From contig CP166615.1 in the NCBI GenBank assembly GCA_041937175.2, positions 2,112,001-2,176,000 on the forward strand: DNA of 64,000 bases, read 5' to 3'. Of the stretch, positions 10,883 to 21,018 are shown piece after piece. Source of the DNA: Limnothrix sp. BL-A-16. GTDB lineage: Bacteria; Cyanobacteriota; Cyanobacteriia; CACIAM-69d. The position numbers and the translations under genes were made by a program. Position 1 is the first letter of the stretch; each line of letters starts with the position of its first letter. The notes beneath the pieces are model-generated. The model saw only the letters and a program-made list of their open reading frames with translations. It was not told where the DNA came from and made no database searches.

Positions 10883-13133
10883 TCAATCAGTTCCTAAGCT
10901 TGTCCCCGATTGCTTGCTGGCCAAATCTGTAGAAGGGCCGTGGAAAGGTGCTTATAGCTTAGTTGGGCATACGGCCAATGTTGTTCGGGCTGTGACGATA
11001 TTGGTTGATGTCTTGGGCGATCGACTCATGACTCAATTTAATCTTGGTTGTGATTTGGCTTATGTGCGATCGACGGCTCGCTTGGCTGCCTATATTCACG
11101 ACTGGGGTAAAGCGAATCACCATTTTCAAGGAGTTGTCCGTCAAAAAATGGTCGGCGCAAGTCCGCAACAAAACCCGTTGAATTATCCCCAGCTTCTACG
11201 CCATGAAGTGGTTTCCATTCTGCTGGCTTGGGAGTTTCGAGATTGGTTGCAGCAGTCTGATGGCGATTTTTCGGTGGCTCTTGCTGCGGCCGGTGGGCAT
11301 CACTTAAAACTAGGTGGTGAGCAAGGCAAAGCAACTGATGATGTTGGGAATATTCGCACAGGAACAGGAGATGATCGCTTATTTCTTTACCCACTGCATC
11401 GTGATTTCAAAAGTCTCTTGGAATTTGGGATTTCAGAATTAGGACTTCCTAAAAATATTAAGCTGGCTCGAACACCTGAAAGTGAATGGGTGCTGTCAAA
11501 CATCAAAACTCGTCGTTGTGAACTCTATCAACAAGCTTTTCAAGACTGGGAGCCAAATATTGTCTTAAATGCGGTGGTTAAATCACTATTGGTGGCGGGT
11601 GACTCCATTGGATCAGCAATTTCCAATACTGATTTAAATTTAGAGTGTTGGATTGTTAAATCAATCGAGAAAGGTTTGACGGAAGTAGATCTTGATCGTG
11701 TGATTGATGTTCGTCTAGAAGGTAAAACACTTCGAGATTTTCAGAAATCGATTGGTGAAATTCCCTCGCGGGTTGGTTTGGTACGGGCCGGTTGTGGAAC
11801 GGGAAAAACTGTTGGGGCATATAACTGGGCCAAGCGTCATGCGATCGGACGAAAACTCTTTTTCTGCTATCCCACCACAGGAACCAGCACCGAGGGATTT
11901 ATCGACTATGTGCAAGATGAAGTGGAGTCAGTTTTGATGCACTCGCGAGCGGCGATCGACCTGGCGAGTACGGGTGAAGAACGAGAAGCGGGCGACAACA
12001 CAGAAAACGAGGCCACACTGAAACTTCAGTCCTTTGAAGCTTGGGAAAGTCAAGTCATTATTTGTACGGTTGATACGGTTCTGGGCTTGATGCAATGCAA
12101 TCGGCGGCCGATGTATTGTTTTCCAGCGATCGCCAATGCGGCCTTTATTTTTGATGAGGTGCATTGCTACGACAAAGTTTTATTTGGTGCGCTTTTGCGA
12201 TTTTTGGAAACTGTTAAATCGCCAACATTGTTGATGTCAGCTTCGTTTTTACCCTGGCAAATACGGGCGATCGAGCAGGCGAGCGGGGGGCAACTGATTG
12301 AAGGTGAAAATCTGATTGCCGGGCCGCGCGATCTGGAAGATCTACGGCGTTATCAGTTCCATGAAAGCCAAGAACCGGATTGGGAGCGTGTTGAAAACGA
12401 ACTGAAATCGGGTGGCAAAGTCCTTTGGGTTTGTAACCAGGTTAATACGGCGATCGATGTGTACGATCGCGCCCTCAAGCGGGGGTTAAATGCCGTGCTC
12501 TATCACAGCCGGTTTTGCTATCGCGATCGAGTCCAGCACCATCGCCATGTGGTGGCGGCTTTCAAAGACGATTGCCATGAACCTGTGTTGGCCATTTGTA
12601 CCCAGGTGGCGGAAATGTCGTTGGATTTGTCGGCGACGTTGTTGGTGTCACAAGTGGCTGAACCCGCAGCTTTAATTCAACGCTTAGGGCGGCTCAATCG
12701 TCGCTATTGCGGCCACGCCCTGGATGCAGTGTTTTATGACGATCCGAAAATTCATCCCTACGACCAGGAAACGAAGATGCGGGGCTGGACTTTGATTCGG
12801 GATTGTCCGGGGGAGGTCAGCCAAGGGGATTTAGCCCGATGGTTGGAACAAGAATCGAAGGAAATTGAACCAGAAAAGCAGTTTGTTTTGCTCGATGGCG
12901 AGTGGCGAACCTATCCGGCTCCCGTGCGCGAGGCAGGTGTGACGGTTACGGCTTTGTTGGAACAGCACCAAGCCACGTGGGGGAATTTGCCCCGCAACAA
13001 GCTAGGGGATTACACCGTACCGCTGATTGCATCTGTTAAGGCGGTGAGTCAGTGGAAGCGGCATGGAGGCTATCCGATCGCCCCGGTCAAGGAGTGGGAT
13101 TACACAGCAGAGCGAGGAGCTAAACAGCGATGA
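10866..13133 (+). CDS. cas3: Cas3 HD nuclease-helicase
   Basis: LVGHT, HDWGK, LRHE, GHH; AGCGTGKT, DEVH, SAS, QRLGRLNR; ATG at 10866 preferred. Confidence 0.95.
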   Translation: MSPQFSQSVPKLVPDCLLAKSVEGPWKGAYSLVGHTANVVRAVTILVDVLGDRLMTQFNLGCDLAYVRSTARLAAYIHDWGKANHHFQGVVRQKMVGASPQQNPLNYPQLLRHEVVSILLAWEFRDWLQQSDGDFSVALAAAGGHHLKLGGEQGKATDDVGNIRTGTGDDRLFLYPLHRDFKSLLEFGISELGLPKNIKLARTPESEWVLSNIKTRRCELYQQAFQDWEPNIVLNAVVKSLLVAGDSIGSAISNTDLNLECWIVKSIEKGLTEVDLDRVIDVRLEGKTLRDFQKSIGEIPSRVGLVRAGCGTGKTVGAYNWAKRHAIGRKLFFCYPTTGTSTEGFIDYVQDEVESVLMHSRAAIDLASTGEEREAGDNTENEATLKLQSFEAWESQVIICTVDTVLGLMQCNRRPMYCFPAIANAAFIFDEVHCYDKVLFGALLRFLETVKSPTLLMSASFLPWQIRAIEQASGGQLIEGENLIAGPRDLEDLRRYQFHESQEPDWERVENELKSGGKVLWVCNQVNTAIDVYDRALKRGLNAVLYHSRFCYRDRVQHHRHVVAAFKDDCHEPVLAICTQVAEMSLDLSATLLVSQVAEPAALIQRLGRLNRRYCGHALDAVFYDDPKIHPYDQETKMRGWTLIRDCPGEVSQGDLARWLEQESKEIEPEKQFVLLDGEWRTYPAPVREAGVTVTALLEQHQATWGNLPRNKLGDYTVPLIASVKAVSQWKRHGGYPIAPVKEWDYTAERGAKQR

Positions 13134-14632
13134 CTGACTTAACCCTATCGTTGCTGAATCCCAATACCCTTTTGCCGCACCGGGCGGGGATTGCTGGTTT
13201 GGCGCTTGCCCTATCAGCCATCCCACCCGAGACTGCGCCCCTAAGCTGGGCGGTGACGGAAGATGAGGTGAATTTGTCGTGGGAGGGGAGCGATCGCGAG
13301 GCGATCGAGTGGTTGACCCACAAGACCTACTGCATTGAAGACGGCTATCTCAATCCACCCGTTCTGAAGCTCGATCGCCAAAGTCGCTATACCTTCACCC
13401 AAGGTGTGACTTCAACCCTGCTGCAACATAACCAGCAGCGAACGCTAGAGAAGCAAGCCAAGCCGCTACGTTTTCCAGTTGACCCAAACCAGCCAGAAAT
13501 TGAGCTTTCCTATAAAGGTTTGCTCGATTGCTATTACACAGGTGACTTTAAGGATGCATTCACCTCTAAAGGTAAGTTCAAAGATGAAATTCCCATCAAA
13601 GGACATCATCTACCGGGCTTAGTGGAGTGTTTTGTTAATGGCCCCTATCTCGAATCACCGGTTGGTTTTGTTGCACTGCTCTTTTTGCCCCTGAGTTGTG
13701 GGTATTACGCCTTACCAGCAGGGCGATCGGCTTTAGTCATTCCTGAAGTCAAAAACCTCAAGAACTGGGTTCGGCTGCGTCGCAAGTCCGCCGGAACGCC
13801 CTACATCAAGTTCAAAGCAGGCGGAGCGGGTGAGTCGGGATTGCGGTTTTTGATTCAGCAGAAAACCGTGGACAATGGGCAGCTTTTAAACCTTGAGTAC
13901 TGCGAAGTTTACCAACTGGGTAAGCAAGCTTGGGATAAAAATCAAAACTATCTCAAGCAAGCTATTTATCGAGTGAAAACCAATGAGGAAGTTTTGGCAA
14001 TTTATAAAAGTGCCGAGCAATTCTTTCCCGTTCGCTTTCGCACGACAGATAAGGGACAAACTTGGGTGGCTACCTCCCAGGCTTTACCTTGGATCGCTGA
14101 TAACTTGATTGGCGATCGCCCTTGGTACTCGGAATTTTTCGAGTTTCTCAAGAAAAACAAGCTGTTTGAACGTCAAGGATTAGCCAAAATGACACAATTT
14201 CTTTCGGAATCAGAGCGGCTACTTTTTCAATCGGTACATGATGCTTTCGGTAAATTTCGAGCAGGACAATTTAAAGCTCGATCTGATCAAATGGGAGGCA
14301 ATTTAACCCAGGAGCAAGGCTGGGATGTTGCTAAACGGAGTGCTGATAAGGCAATTTATCGCTTGCAACGACCAGCCACTCAGCAAGAATTTGCTAAGGC
14401 TTTGGTTGACTTTCTGGCTCAGTATCGCCCTTCCACAGCGAAGGGGGCAGGCTTAGAGATTTATGCTTGGCTGCACACTGATGATAACTGGCGGAAGGCT
14501 CGGGATTTAGCACTGTTGGCGATCGCAACCTACAAGAAAAAGACGATCGAAGGGGTGGGCGATCCCGATTTGAGTGTGGATGAGATCGAGCCAGAGGAAG
14601 ACTCAGAAGGCTTTGAATACACCTTTCCGTAA
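13130..14632 (+). CDS. cas8: Cas8 large subunit (type I-B MYXAN, Cas8a1/Cmx-like)
   Basis: HRAGIAGL N-terminal motif, GKQAWD, WRKARDLALLAIATY; located between cas3 and cas7. Confidence 0.88.
   Translation: MTDLTLSLLNPNTLLPHRAGIAGLALALSAIPPETAPLSWAVTEDEVNLSWEGSDREAIEWLTHKTYCIEDGYLNPPVLKLDRQSRYTFTQGVTSTLLQHNQQRTLEKQAKPLRFPVDPNQPEIELSYKGLLDCYYTGDFKDAFTSKGKFKDEIPIKGHHLPGLVECFVNGPYLESPVGFVALLFLPLSCGYYALPAGRSALVIPEVKNLKNWVRLRRKSAGTPYIKFKAGGAGESGLRFLIQQKTVDNGQLLNLEYCEVYQLGKQAWDKNQNYLKQAIYRVKTNEEVLAIYKSAEQFFPVRFRTTDKGQTWVATSQALPWIADNLIGDRPWYSEFFEFLKKNKLFERQGLAKMTQFLSESERLLFQSVHDAFGKFRAGQFKARSDQMGGNLTQEQGWDVAKRSADKAIYRLQRPATQQEFAKALVDFLAQYRPSTAKGAGLEIYAWLHTDDNWRKARDLALLAIATYKKKTIEGVGDPDLSVDEIEPEEDSEGFEYTFP
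14189..14632 (+). CDS. cas11: putative Cas11 translated from an internal start in cas8
   Basis: In-frame ATG at 14189 preceded by AAGGA; 147-aa C-terminal product; known arrangement for I-B/I-C/I-D. Confidence 0.6.
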   Translation: MTQFLSESERLLFQSVHDAFGKFRAGQFKARSDQMGGNLTQEQGWDVAKRSADKAIYRLQRPATQQEFAKALVDFLAQYRPSTAKGAGLEIYAWLHTDDNWRKARDLALLAIATYKKKTIEGVGDPDLSVDEIEPEEDSEGFEYTFP

Positions 14633-14686
14633 CTCTTGCTGCCAGTCTTACTAACAATTTTGATCTAACTTCAGAGGACTCGAAAC

Positions 14687-15553
14687 ATGTCTAAGCATTT
14701 GTTTGCCAATATTGTCACTCCCACTGCGATCGCTGCTAATAATCGGGGTGAGGGCGATGGCAGCACATTAGCCACACTCCAAAAGATCACACGCGGCAAT
14801 GACCAATACACCACGGTTAGTGCTGATGCCATTCGTTGGGGCTATCGGGAATATTTACAGCATCATTTTTCAGCCGAGGAAGTAAATCGAACATTCGATC
14901 CTGATCGCGACAAGTACGACATCAAGGACGAAAAGCACAGCGCCGAAAAGTTCATTGATGATGACTTGTTTGGCTACATGGATGCGAAGAAGGACAAGGA
15001 CAACAAAAATGCCACTGAAAAGCGTCGTGGTGCATTAGAAGTTAGCCGCGCAATTAGCCTTGATCCCTACTGGGGTGATATTGCTTTTGGTTCCAAGGGG
15101 GGTGAAAAAGGCAGCACCTCGATCCACAACACAGAAATGCACAACACGGCTTATCAGTATGCGATCGCCCTGACTCCTGAGCATCTGAAAAAGCCCGATC
15201 GCGCTGCCGCTTTTTTGGAAGCGCTGGTGGGTGTTCGCCACGTGGGCGGCAATCACTCGCGGTTCCTGTATGAGTTTCGTCCTGAATCGATCGTCTTGCG
15301 AATTACTGAAGATCCCAGCCCTTGGATTATGGGTTGCTTCAAGCGCGTTGGAGAAGATGTGGGCTGTCCAGAGTTGGTGCGACTTCTGGAGGCGGGCGAT
15401 ATCAACCCCGAAGAGTTAATCATTGGGGGCAAGATTGCCAAAACACCCTATGGGGAAACCCTCAAGAATTTGGGAGTTTCTGTTTTCGATGGTGTGAAGG
15501 CTGCCAAGGATGCTGCAAAAGCGCAACTGAAAACAGTGGGGATCATTGCCTAA
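14687..15553 (+). CDS. cas7: Cas7/DevR backbone subunit
   Basis: AANNRGEG, TLQK, DDDLFGYM, RRGALEVSRAIS, VGGNHSRFLYEF. Confidence 0.93.
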   Translation: MSKHLFANIVTPTAIAANNRGEGDGSTLATLQKITRGNDQYTTVSADAIRWGYREYLQHHFSAEEVNRTFDPDRDKYDIKDEKHSAEKFIDDDLFGYMDAKKDKDNKNATEKRRGALEVSRAISLDPYWGDIAFGSKGGEKGSTSIHNTEMHNTAYQYAIALTPEHLKKPDRAAAFLEALVGVRHVGGNHSRFLYEFRPESIVLRITEDPSPWIMGCFKRVGEDVGCPELVRLLEAGDINPEELIIGGKIAKTPYGETLKNLGVSVFDGVKAAKDAAKAQLKTVGIIA

Positions 15554-16221
15554 TGAACAACTGGTTCTATTTGGATTGTCCTTGCACCAGCTTTCCGCGT
15601 AGCTTTGCCAGGGACTATAAGGAAACCTACCAATATCCGCCGCCTTCAACGATTTATGGATTTCTTTTGTCGTTGGTGGGTGAAGAAGACATGACGGCGC
15701 ATTTAGGTGTGCAACTGGCGATTGGGCTAATTGGTCAAGCACCACCGATTTCACGGATTTTGCGTAAACAGCGCCACCATAAGTTCAGCAAGCAACATCT
15801 GGGCACATACCCGACCAGTCAGTTTTCCAAACCCAATTTTCAAGAAATTCTGACTGATTTGAAACTGGTTTTGCGGGTGAATTCCAGCCAAGAGTTGGCG
15901 ACTATTGGATTATTGGATCGCCTTTCAATCGCCCTCACAACACCTGAAAAAATTCGTCGGTTTGGTGGGCTGAGTCTCGGCGAATCTTGGGCAATGGTGA
16001 ATGGAATGCGGCTCTATCGGGAAACCGATGGCCCTGTACGCTGGCTGATTAAAGATCCAAGGGGTTTAATTGGGTTGCCGGTCTGGATTGATCGCACAAC
16101 CACCAGAGGAACCTTTCAGCGCTTTTCACTGACTGAAGCTGCCAATTTTGACGATCGCGCTTGGGTAACGATCAACGGTCAACCCACAGCGAAACCGGTT
16201 AAAGGAGGGCGGAAGAAGTGA
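15553..16221 (+). CDS. cas5: Cas5/DevS
   Basis: SFPRSFARDYKETYQYPPPSTIYGFLLSLVG, RFGGLSLGES; TAATG coupling to cas7. Confidence 0.93.
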   Translation: MNNWFYLDCPCTSFPRSFARDYKETYQYPPPSTIYGFLLSLVGEEDMTAHLGVQLAIGLIGQAPPISRILRKQRHHKFSKQHLGTYPTSQFSKPNFQEILTDLKLVLRVNSSQELATIGLLDRLSIALTTPEKIRRFGGLSLGESWAMVNGMRLYRETDGPVRWLIKDPRGLIGLPVWIDRTTTRGTFQRFSLTEAANFDDRAWVTINGQPTAKPVKGGRKK

Positions 16222-16676
16222 CGGAAAACAGCGCCTACGACACCGATTTCTATGGCTGGACGATCGCCCAAGCCGCCCTGCTGCGCGATCGCAATGCGGC
16301 GGCGATCGACTGGGAACGACTGGCGGACGAAATTGAAAGCATGGGACGACAGGAACGCAAAGAACTCGTCAGCCGGTTGCGAATTTTGTTGGGGCATCTG
16401 TTGAAATGGCGCTATCAACCCGATCGCCAAAGCCGTTCTTGGAGTGCCACCATTCGGGTGCAGCGCTTGGAAATTCGCAAGTTGCTGACCAAAAATCCCA
16501 GTTTGAAATCGGTGATTTTGGAAGCGTTTGCCGAGGCCTACGAGTTGGGGCGACTGTTGGCGATCGATGAAATGGGTTTGGAAGATTATGAGGAAAACTT
16601 AGTGCCTTCAGCATCACCCTTTGATTGGGAATTCGTGATTAATTCCGATCAATTTGATGCGCCAGATTTGACGTAG
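16218..16676 (+). CDS. DUF29 family protein
   Basis: YDTDFYGW, IDWERLADEIESMG, HLLKWRYQ, SWSATI, NPSLK. Confidence 0.9.
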   Translation: MTENSAYDTDFYGWTIAQAALLRDRNAAAIDWERLADEIESMGRQERKELVSRLRILLGHLLKWRYQPDRQSRSWSATIRVQRLEIRKLLTKNPSLKSVILEAFAEAYELGRLLAIDEMGLEDYEENLVPSASPFDWEFVINSDQFDAPDLT

Positions 16677-16688
16677 CCACCCGATAGA

Positions 16689-16708
16689 CAAGGGGTTTAA
16701 ACCCCTTG
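16689..16708. repeat. REP-like 20-bp palindrome CAAGGGGTTTAAACCCCTTG
   Basis: Perfect palindrome; variant of CAAGGGGCTTAAGCCCCTTG found at 35479, 42051, 48208, 50347 and 50382. Confidence 0.85.
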
Positions 16709-16716
16709 CCCCCAAC

Positions 16717-16881
16717 CTGGCGACCGAATCAGAGAAGTTGCGGTGGGAGTTATCGAAGATCTTGAAACCGGAGGATGATCTGTTGATTTTGGGGGTTTGT
16801 GATGCCTGTGTGAAGCGGGCGCAGCGCTGCAATGATTCGGTGGATTGGGCGTTGAAGCCGGACAGTTTTCGGATGTTGTAG
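16717..16881 (+). pseudogene. cas2: 3' remnant of cas2 (5' half missing)
   Basis: Reads LATESEKLRWELSKILKPEDDLLILGVCDACVKRAQRCNDSVDWALKPDSFRML*, like the EKLRWEL..IL..ED.LL..G.C..C C-terminus of MYXAN-type Cas2; no start codon; lies directly before the leader. Confidence 0.8.
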
Positions 16882-17143
16882 GGTTGGGCCTTTTACAAGC
16901 ACCTCTGGCCGTGGCGGGGCGATCGGGTTTCGCGGGGGCTGGAGGTGTTTTGGGGCCTGAGTTTGGGGGATTTTGGGGGGATTGGAGATGCTTGTAAATG
17001 GCTGGAAGGCTTGTGGGGCAAGGGTTGGGCGATCGGGAAAATGTCAATTGTTTGCGGTTCTTGGGGCGATCGGGGGGCGATCGGGTAAGATGCTTGTAAG
17101 GTTGCATTTCGGCGCTTGTCCCGTAAGGGTTTCGGGCGGCGGG
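16882..17143 (+). promoter_or_regulatory. CRISPR leader
   Basis: Lies between the cas2 remnant and the first repeat; motif TTTACAAGCACCTC (16892) with inverted copies GAGATGCTTGTAAA (16985) and AGATGCTTGTAA (17088). Confidence 0.75.
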
Positions 17144-20100
17144 GTGCCCAAACCTCTGATGCCGTAAGGCGTTGAGCACAGTTGGGGTGGGTTAACTCAA
17201 AACCCCACAAACGACCGGGTGCCCAAACCTCTGATGCCGTAAGGCGTTGAGCACGTTGCTGTGTTCATGGGTGAAAAAAGGCGGGATAAACGTGCCCAAA
17301 CCTCTGATGCCGTAAGGCGTTGAGCACTCAAATTCTTGAGGCATCAGATTGAAGACCCAGTAACAGTGCCCAAACCTCTGATGCCGTAAGGCGTTGAGCA
17401 CCTGAAGAGAACCCGCTGGGGTTGTGGCGTTCGCAAGTGCCCAAACCTCTGATGCCGTAAGGCGTTGAGCACGTCCCTTGATTCAGATAGTCGCACCGCC
17501 AACGCTCGAGTGCCCAAACCTCTGATGCCGTAAGGCGTTGAGCACACTAACCTGAGTCGCCGCAATCACCACGCCGATCGTGCCCAAACCTCTGATGCCG
17601 TAAGGCGTTGAGCACGCCGCGTTGGCGCGATTGTTGTCACTGACAGCCCCGAGGTGCCCAAACCTCTGATGCCGTAAGGCGTTGAGCACGGTAGACAATT
17701 GGCTATCCTTATGGGTATACGACTACCGTGCCCAAACCTCTGATGCCGTAAGGCGTTGAGCACTCAAGTATTCTGCTGGCTGAAGCGTTTGAAGGTCAAG
17801 GTGCCCAAACCTCTGATGCCGTAAGGCGTTGAGCACGAAGCTGGCGACGCGGGGAATGGGTACGCACCCGGGTGCCCAAACCTCTGATGCCGTAAGGCGT
17901 TGAGCACCCAAGGCACGATTGGCGCTGCATTAAATCCGATGGGTGCCCAAACCTCTGATGCCGTAAGGCGTTGAGCACTTTTGCCCGTGAGAACTTCACA
18001 CTGAATCCCGACTCTGTGCCCAAACCTCTGATGCCGTAAGGCGTTGAGCACTTGAGGTGGATGGCAGGATCGAACACGTTGATGGGTGCCCAAACCTCTG
18101 ATGCCGTAAGGCGTTGAGCACCCCTCTGTAGCTTGATTGTAGGGGATTGGGGCATGGTGTGCCCAAACCTCTGATGCCGTAAGGCGTTGAGCACTGCAGC
18201 TTTTGGTTAAGGCGCGGGGCGGGGCAGGTGTGCCCAAACCTCTGATGCCGTAAGGCGTTGAGCACAGTTTTGGGCCCACGCCCTGGCGGTTCATGCGGCG
18301 ACCGTGCCCAAACCTCTGATGCCGTAAGGCGTTGAGCACCTGCAAGGGCTGGCGGGCGTGGCGGGCGTGGTTCCCGGGTGCCCAAACCTCTGATGCCGTA
18401 AGGCGTTGAGCACATTGTGATAGTCGAGGTGGTTTGGTTGGTAATTTGTGCCCAAACCTCTGATGCCGTAAGGCGTTGAGCACGGACAACGATCCTTACC
18501 CGATCGAATCACTCAGCGGTGCCCAAACCTCTGATGCCGTAAGGCGTTGAGCACACGGGTGCGGCTGTCGGGTTCGGTGGAAAGAACCGTGCCCAAACCT
18601 CTGATGCCGTAAGGCGTTGAGCACGCACTCCCCGCGAATTTTAGCTCTACGGAGCATCTGGTGCCCAAACCTCTGATGCCGTAAGGCGTTGAGCACGCTC
18701 AAGAGGTCGAGTTTTTTGGGGAGGTAGAAACTGTGCCCAAACCTCTGATGCCGTAAGGCGTTGAGCACAAAGAGCGCCTTGCCACTGTCTCGCCAGACAC
18801 GGTTCGTGCCCAAACCTCTGATGCCGTAAGGCGTTGAGCACGCGACACGCTCACCCTGGCAGGGACTAGCCCTGAAGTGCCCAAACCTCTGATGCCGTAA
18901 GGCGTTGAGCACATCAACCCTCTGGTGCAAGCCATGAACAGGACTGAGCGTGCCCAAACCTCTGATGCCGTAAGGCGTTGAGCACGAGCTAACCGAGCTA
19001 ATGCAATCTTGTAACGCTGTTTGTGCCCAAACCTCTGATGCCGTAAGGCGTTGAGCACTCGTTTGCCATGGTTTTGGATTTTGGGCCGGTTGCCCGGGTG
19101 CCCAAACCTCTGATGCCGTAAGGCGTTGAGCACGCCTCATGGGCGTTTACGGCTGTGGACGGGTTGCCAGAAGTGCCCAAACCTCTGATGCCGTAAGGCG
19201 TTGAGCACATCTGCGCAATCCCCTCTCTCAGGGAGTATCCGTGTGCCCAAACCTCTGATGCCGTAAGGCGTTGAGCACTTGATCCGGTAGTGTCCGATCT
19301 CCATGTCATCGCAGAAGTGCCCAAACCTCTGATGCCGTAAGGCGTTGAGCACAAGCACCCAGCAGGGCAGCGGTTCCCCAGTCGGTTCGGTGCCCAAACC
19401 TCTGATGCCGTAAGGCGTTGAGCACCTTTCCCAAGCCGACTGATGCACGGCGATCGACAGCCGTGCCCAAACCTCTGATGCCGTAAGGCGTTGAGCACAC
19501 CAGAGACCGCCCGGAAATACTGCTGGCAGACCTGTGCCCAAACCTCTGATGCCGTAAGGCGTTGAGCACCGAAGTCGCACCCCCCGCACTATTTTTTGGC
19601 GTGAGGTGTGCCCAAACCTCTGATGCCGTAAGGCGTTGAGCACGTGCAAGCGGTGATCATGTGAAATCGACTCCACCTCCGTGCCCAAACCTCTGATGCC
19701 GTAAGGCGTTGAGCACGTTTCTAACGCCTTTTTGAGTTCGATCTTGTATCTAAGTGCCCAAACCTCTGATGCCGTAAGGCGTTGAGCACCCGCGCACGCC
19801 CGGAGCAATTTGCTGCAAAGACATAGACGTGTGCCCAAACCTCTGATGCCGTAAGGCGTTGAGCACGATCAAGGCGATCGCGGTGGGGACTGCTCCAAAC
19901 AGTGCCCAAACCTCTGATGCCGTAAGGCGTTGAGCACAATCGTTAAAATCCAAAATATACTATTCCAACCCCCAGGTGCCCAAACCTCTGATGCCGTAAG
20001 GCGTTGAGCACAGGCAAGTTTATCTAGGGTTAAGGGCTAGATACCTGGTGCCCAAACCTCTGATGCCGTAAGGCGTTGAGCACTCTGACTTGATCGATCC

Positions 20101-20444
20101 CGACAGCCACCGCCCTTGTCGTGCCCAAACCTCTGATGCCGTAAGGCGTTGAGCACCAAATCGAGCGGAATCAGATCCGCCCTGAGGCGATTTTGTGCCC
20201 AAACCTCTGATGCCATAAGGCGTTGAGCACTGCTTCCGTGGGCTTTAGGGGTCATGAAAAGACGTTCGTGCCCAAACCTCTGATGCCGTAAGGCGTTGAG
20301 CACTTGTTCATGCCAACCGAATAGCGTGAACCACTCAAGTGCCCAAACCTCTGATGCCGTAAGGCGTTGAGCACTCAGTCAGCAGCCAGTAATAGCCGTT
20401 GCGCGGTTGTGCCCAAACCTCTGATGCCGTAAGGCGTTGAGCGT
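17144..20444 (+). CRISPR. CRISPR array, 46 repeats of 36 bp (GTGCCCAAACCTCTGATGCCGTAAGGCGTTGAGCAC), 45 spacers of about 34-41 bp
   Basis: Counted by eye; one internal variant (repeat at 20195, G>A) and a degenerate last repeat ending GAGCGT, which orients the array on +. Confidence 0.99.
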
Positions 20445-20514
20445 AGCACAGCACAGCACAAAAGAGCGATCGGGATAAGGCTTCAAACCTGCCCCCGATC
20501 GCCCTACCCACTTT

Positions 20515-20784
20515 TCAACTCAACGACAACAGCCGCCGCATCAGGCTCATCACCTCACCAGGATTTTGGGTTGGCTGCATCGGTGACCATTCGTACAACT
20601 CCGCAAAGCCGCGCAGATACAACACACGGATCGTGTTTTCCACCGCACGCGGCGACCCAATCACCATCACCTTCACCGTTTCGCGCCCGTCCAATCGCAC
20701 GGGCAACGGATCGAGCGCGGATTGCCCCTCAGTCAAGGATTCCGGGGCGATCGGCGTTTCCACAAAGTCAGTTACAGTCGTCAT
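20515..20784 (-). CDS. small hypothetical protein
   Basis: AGGAGG RBS; cyanobacterial-type motif IGSPRAV..TI..LY..GFAE..EWSP. Confidence 0.75.
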   Translation of the reverse strand: MTTVTDFVETPIAPESLTEGQSALDPLPVRLDGRETVKVMVIGSPRAVENTIRVLYLRGFAELYEWSPMQPTQNPGEVMSLMRRLLSLS

Positions 20785-21018
20785 GGCCGTTCCTCCTGAA
20801 ATGAATTGGCCGTTGGCACAAGCAAAGCAAGATCAATGAGGCATCAGTCTCCACCCACTATTGAATGTGATGGGGACTTAGAGCAGCTTTGCAAAATCTC
20901 ACTTACTTAGACTCTTTTTAAGTTTAATAGTCCAATCTGTATACGTCAACCGATCAATTTACTAGTCCAAATGGTAGCCAATTTACGAAACCTATAGGCT
21001 TTTGAGAGGATTGAGCCT

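Noticed and set aside
16697..20303. Many minus-strand ORFs with LNALRHQRFGH / CSTPYGIRGLGT repeats
   Set aside because: They are translations of the CRISPR repeat
17180..20408. Self-targeting spacers or a match to the IS, MITEs or cas genes
   Set aside because: No match found by eye within the window; a proper alignment is still needed
9126..20444. CRISPR-associated transposon (I-B CAST), suggested by missing cas1
   Set aside because: Cas3 is intact, no tnsABC/tniQ genes are present, the array is long, and a cas2 remnant indicates simple deletion
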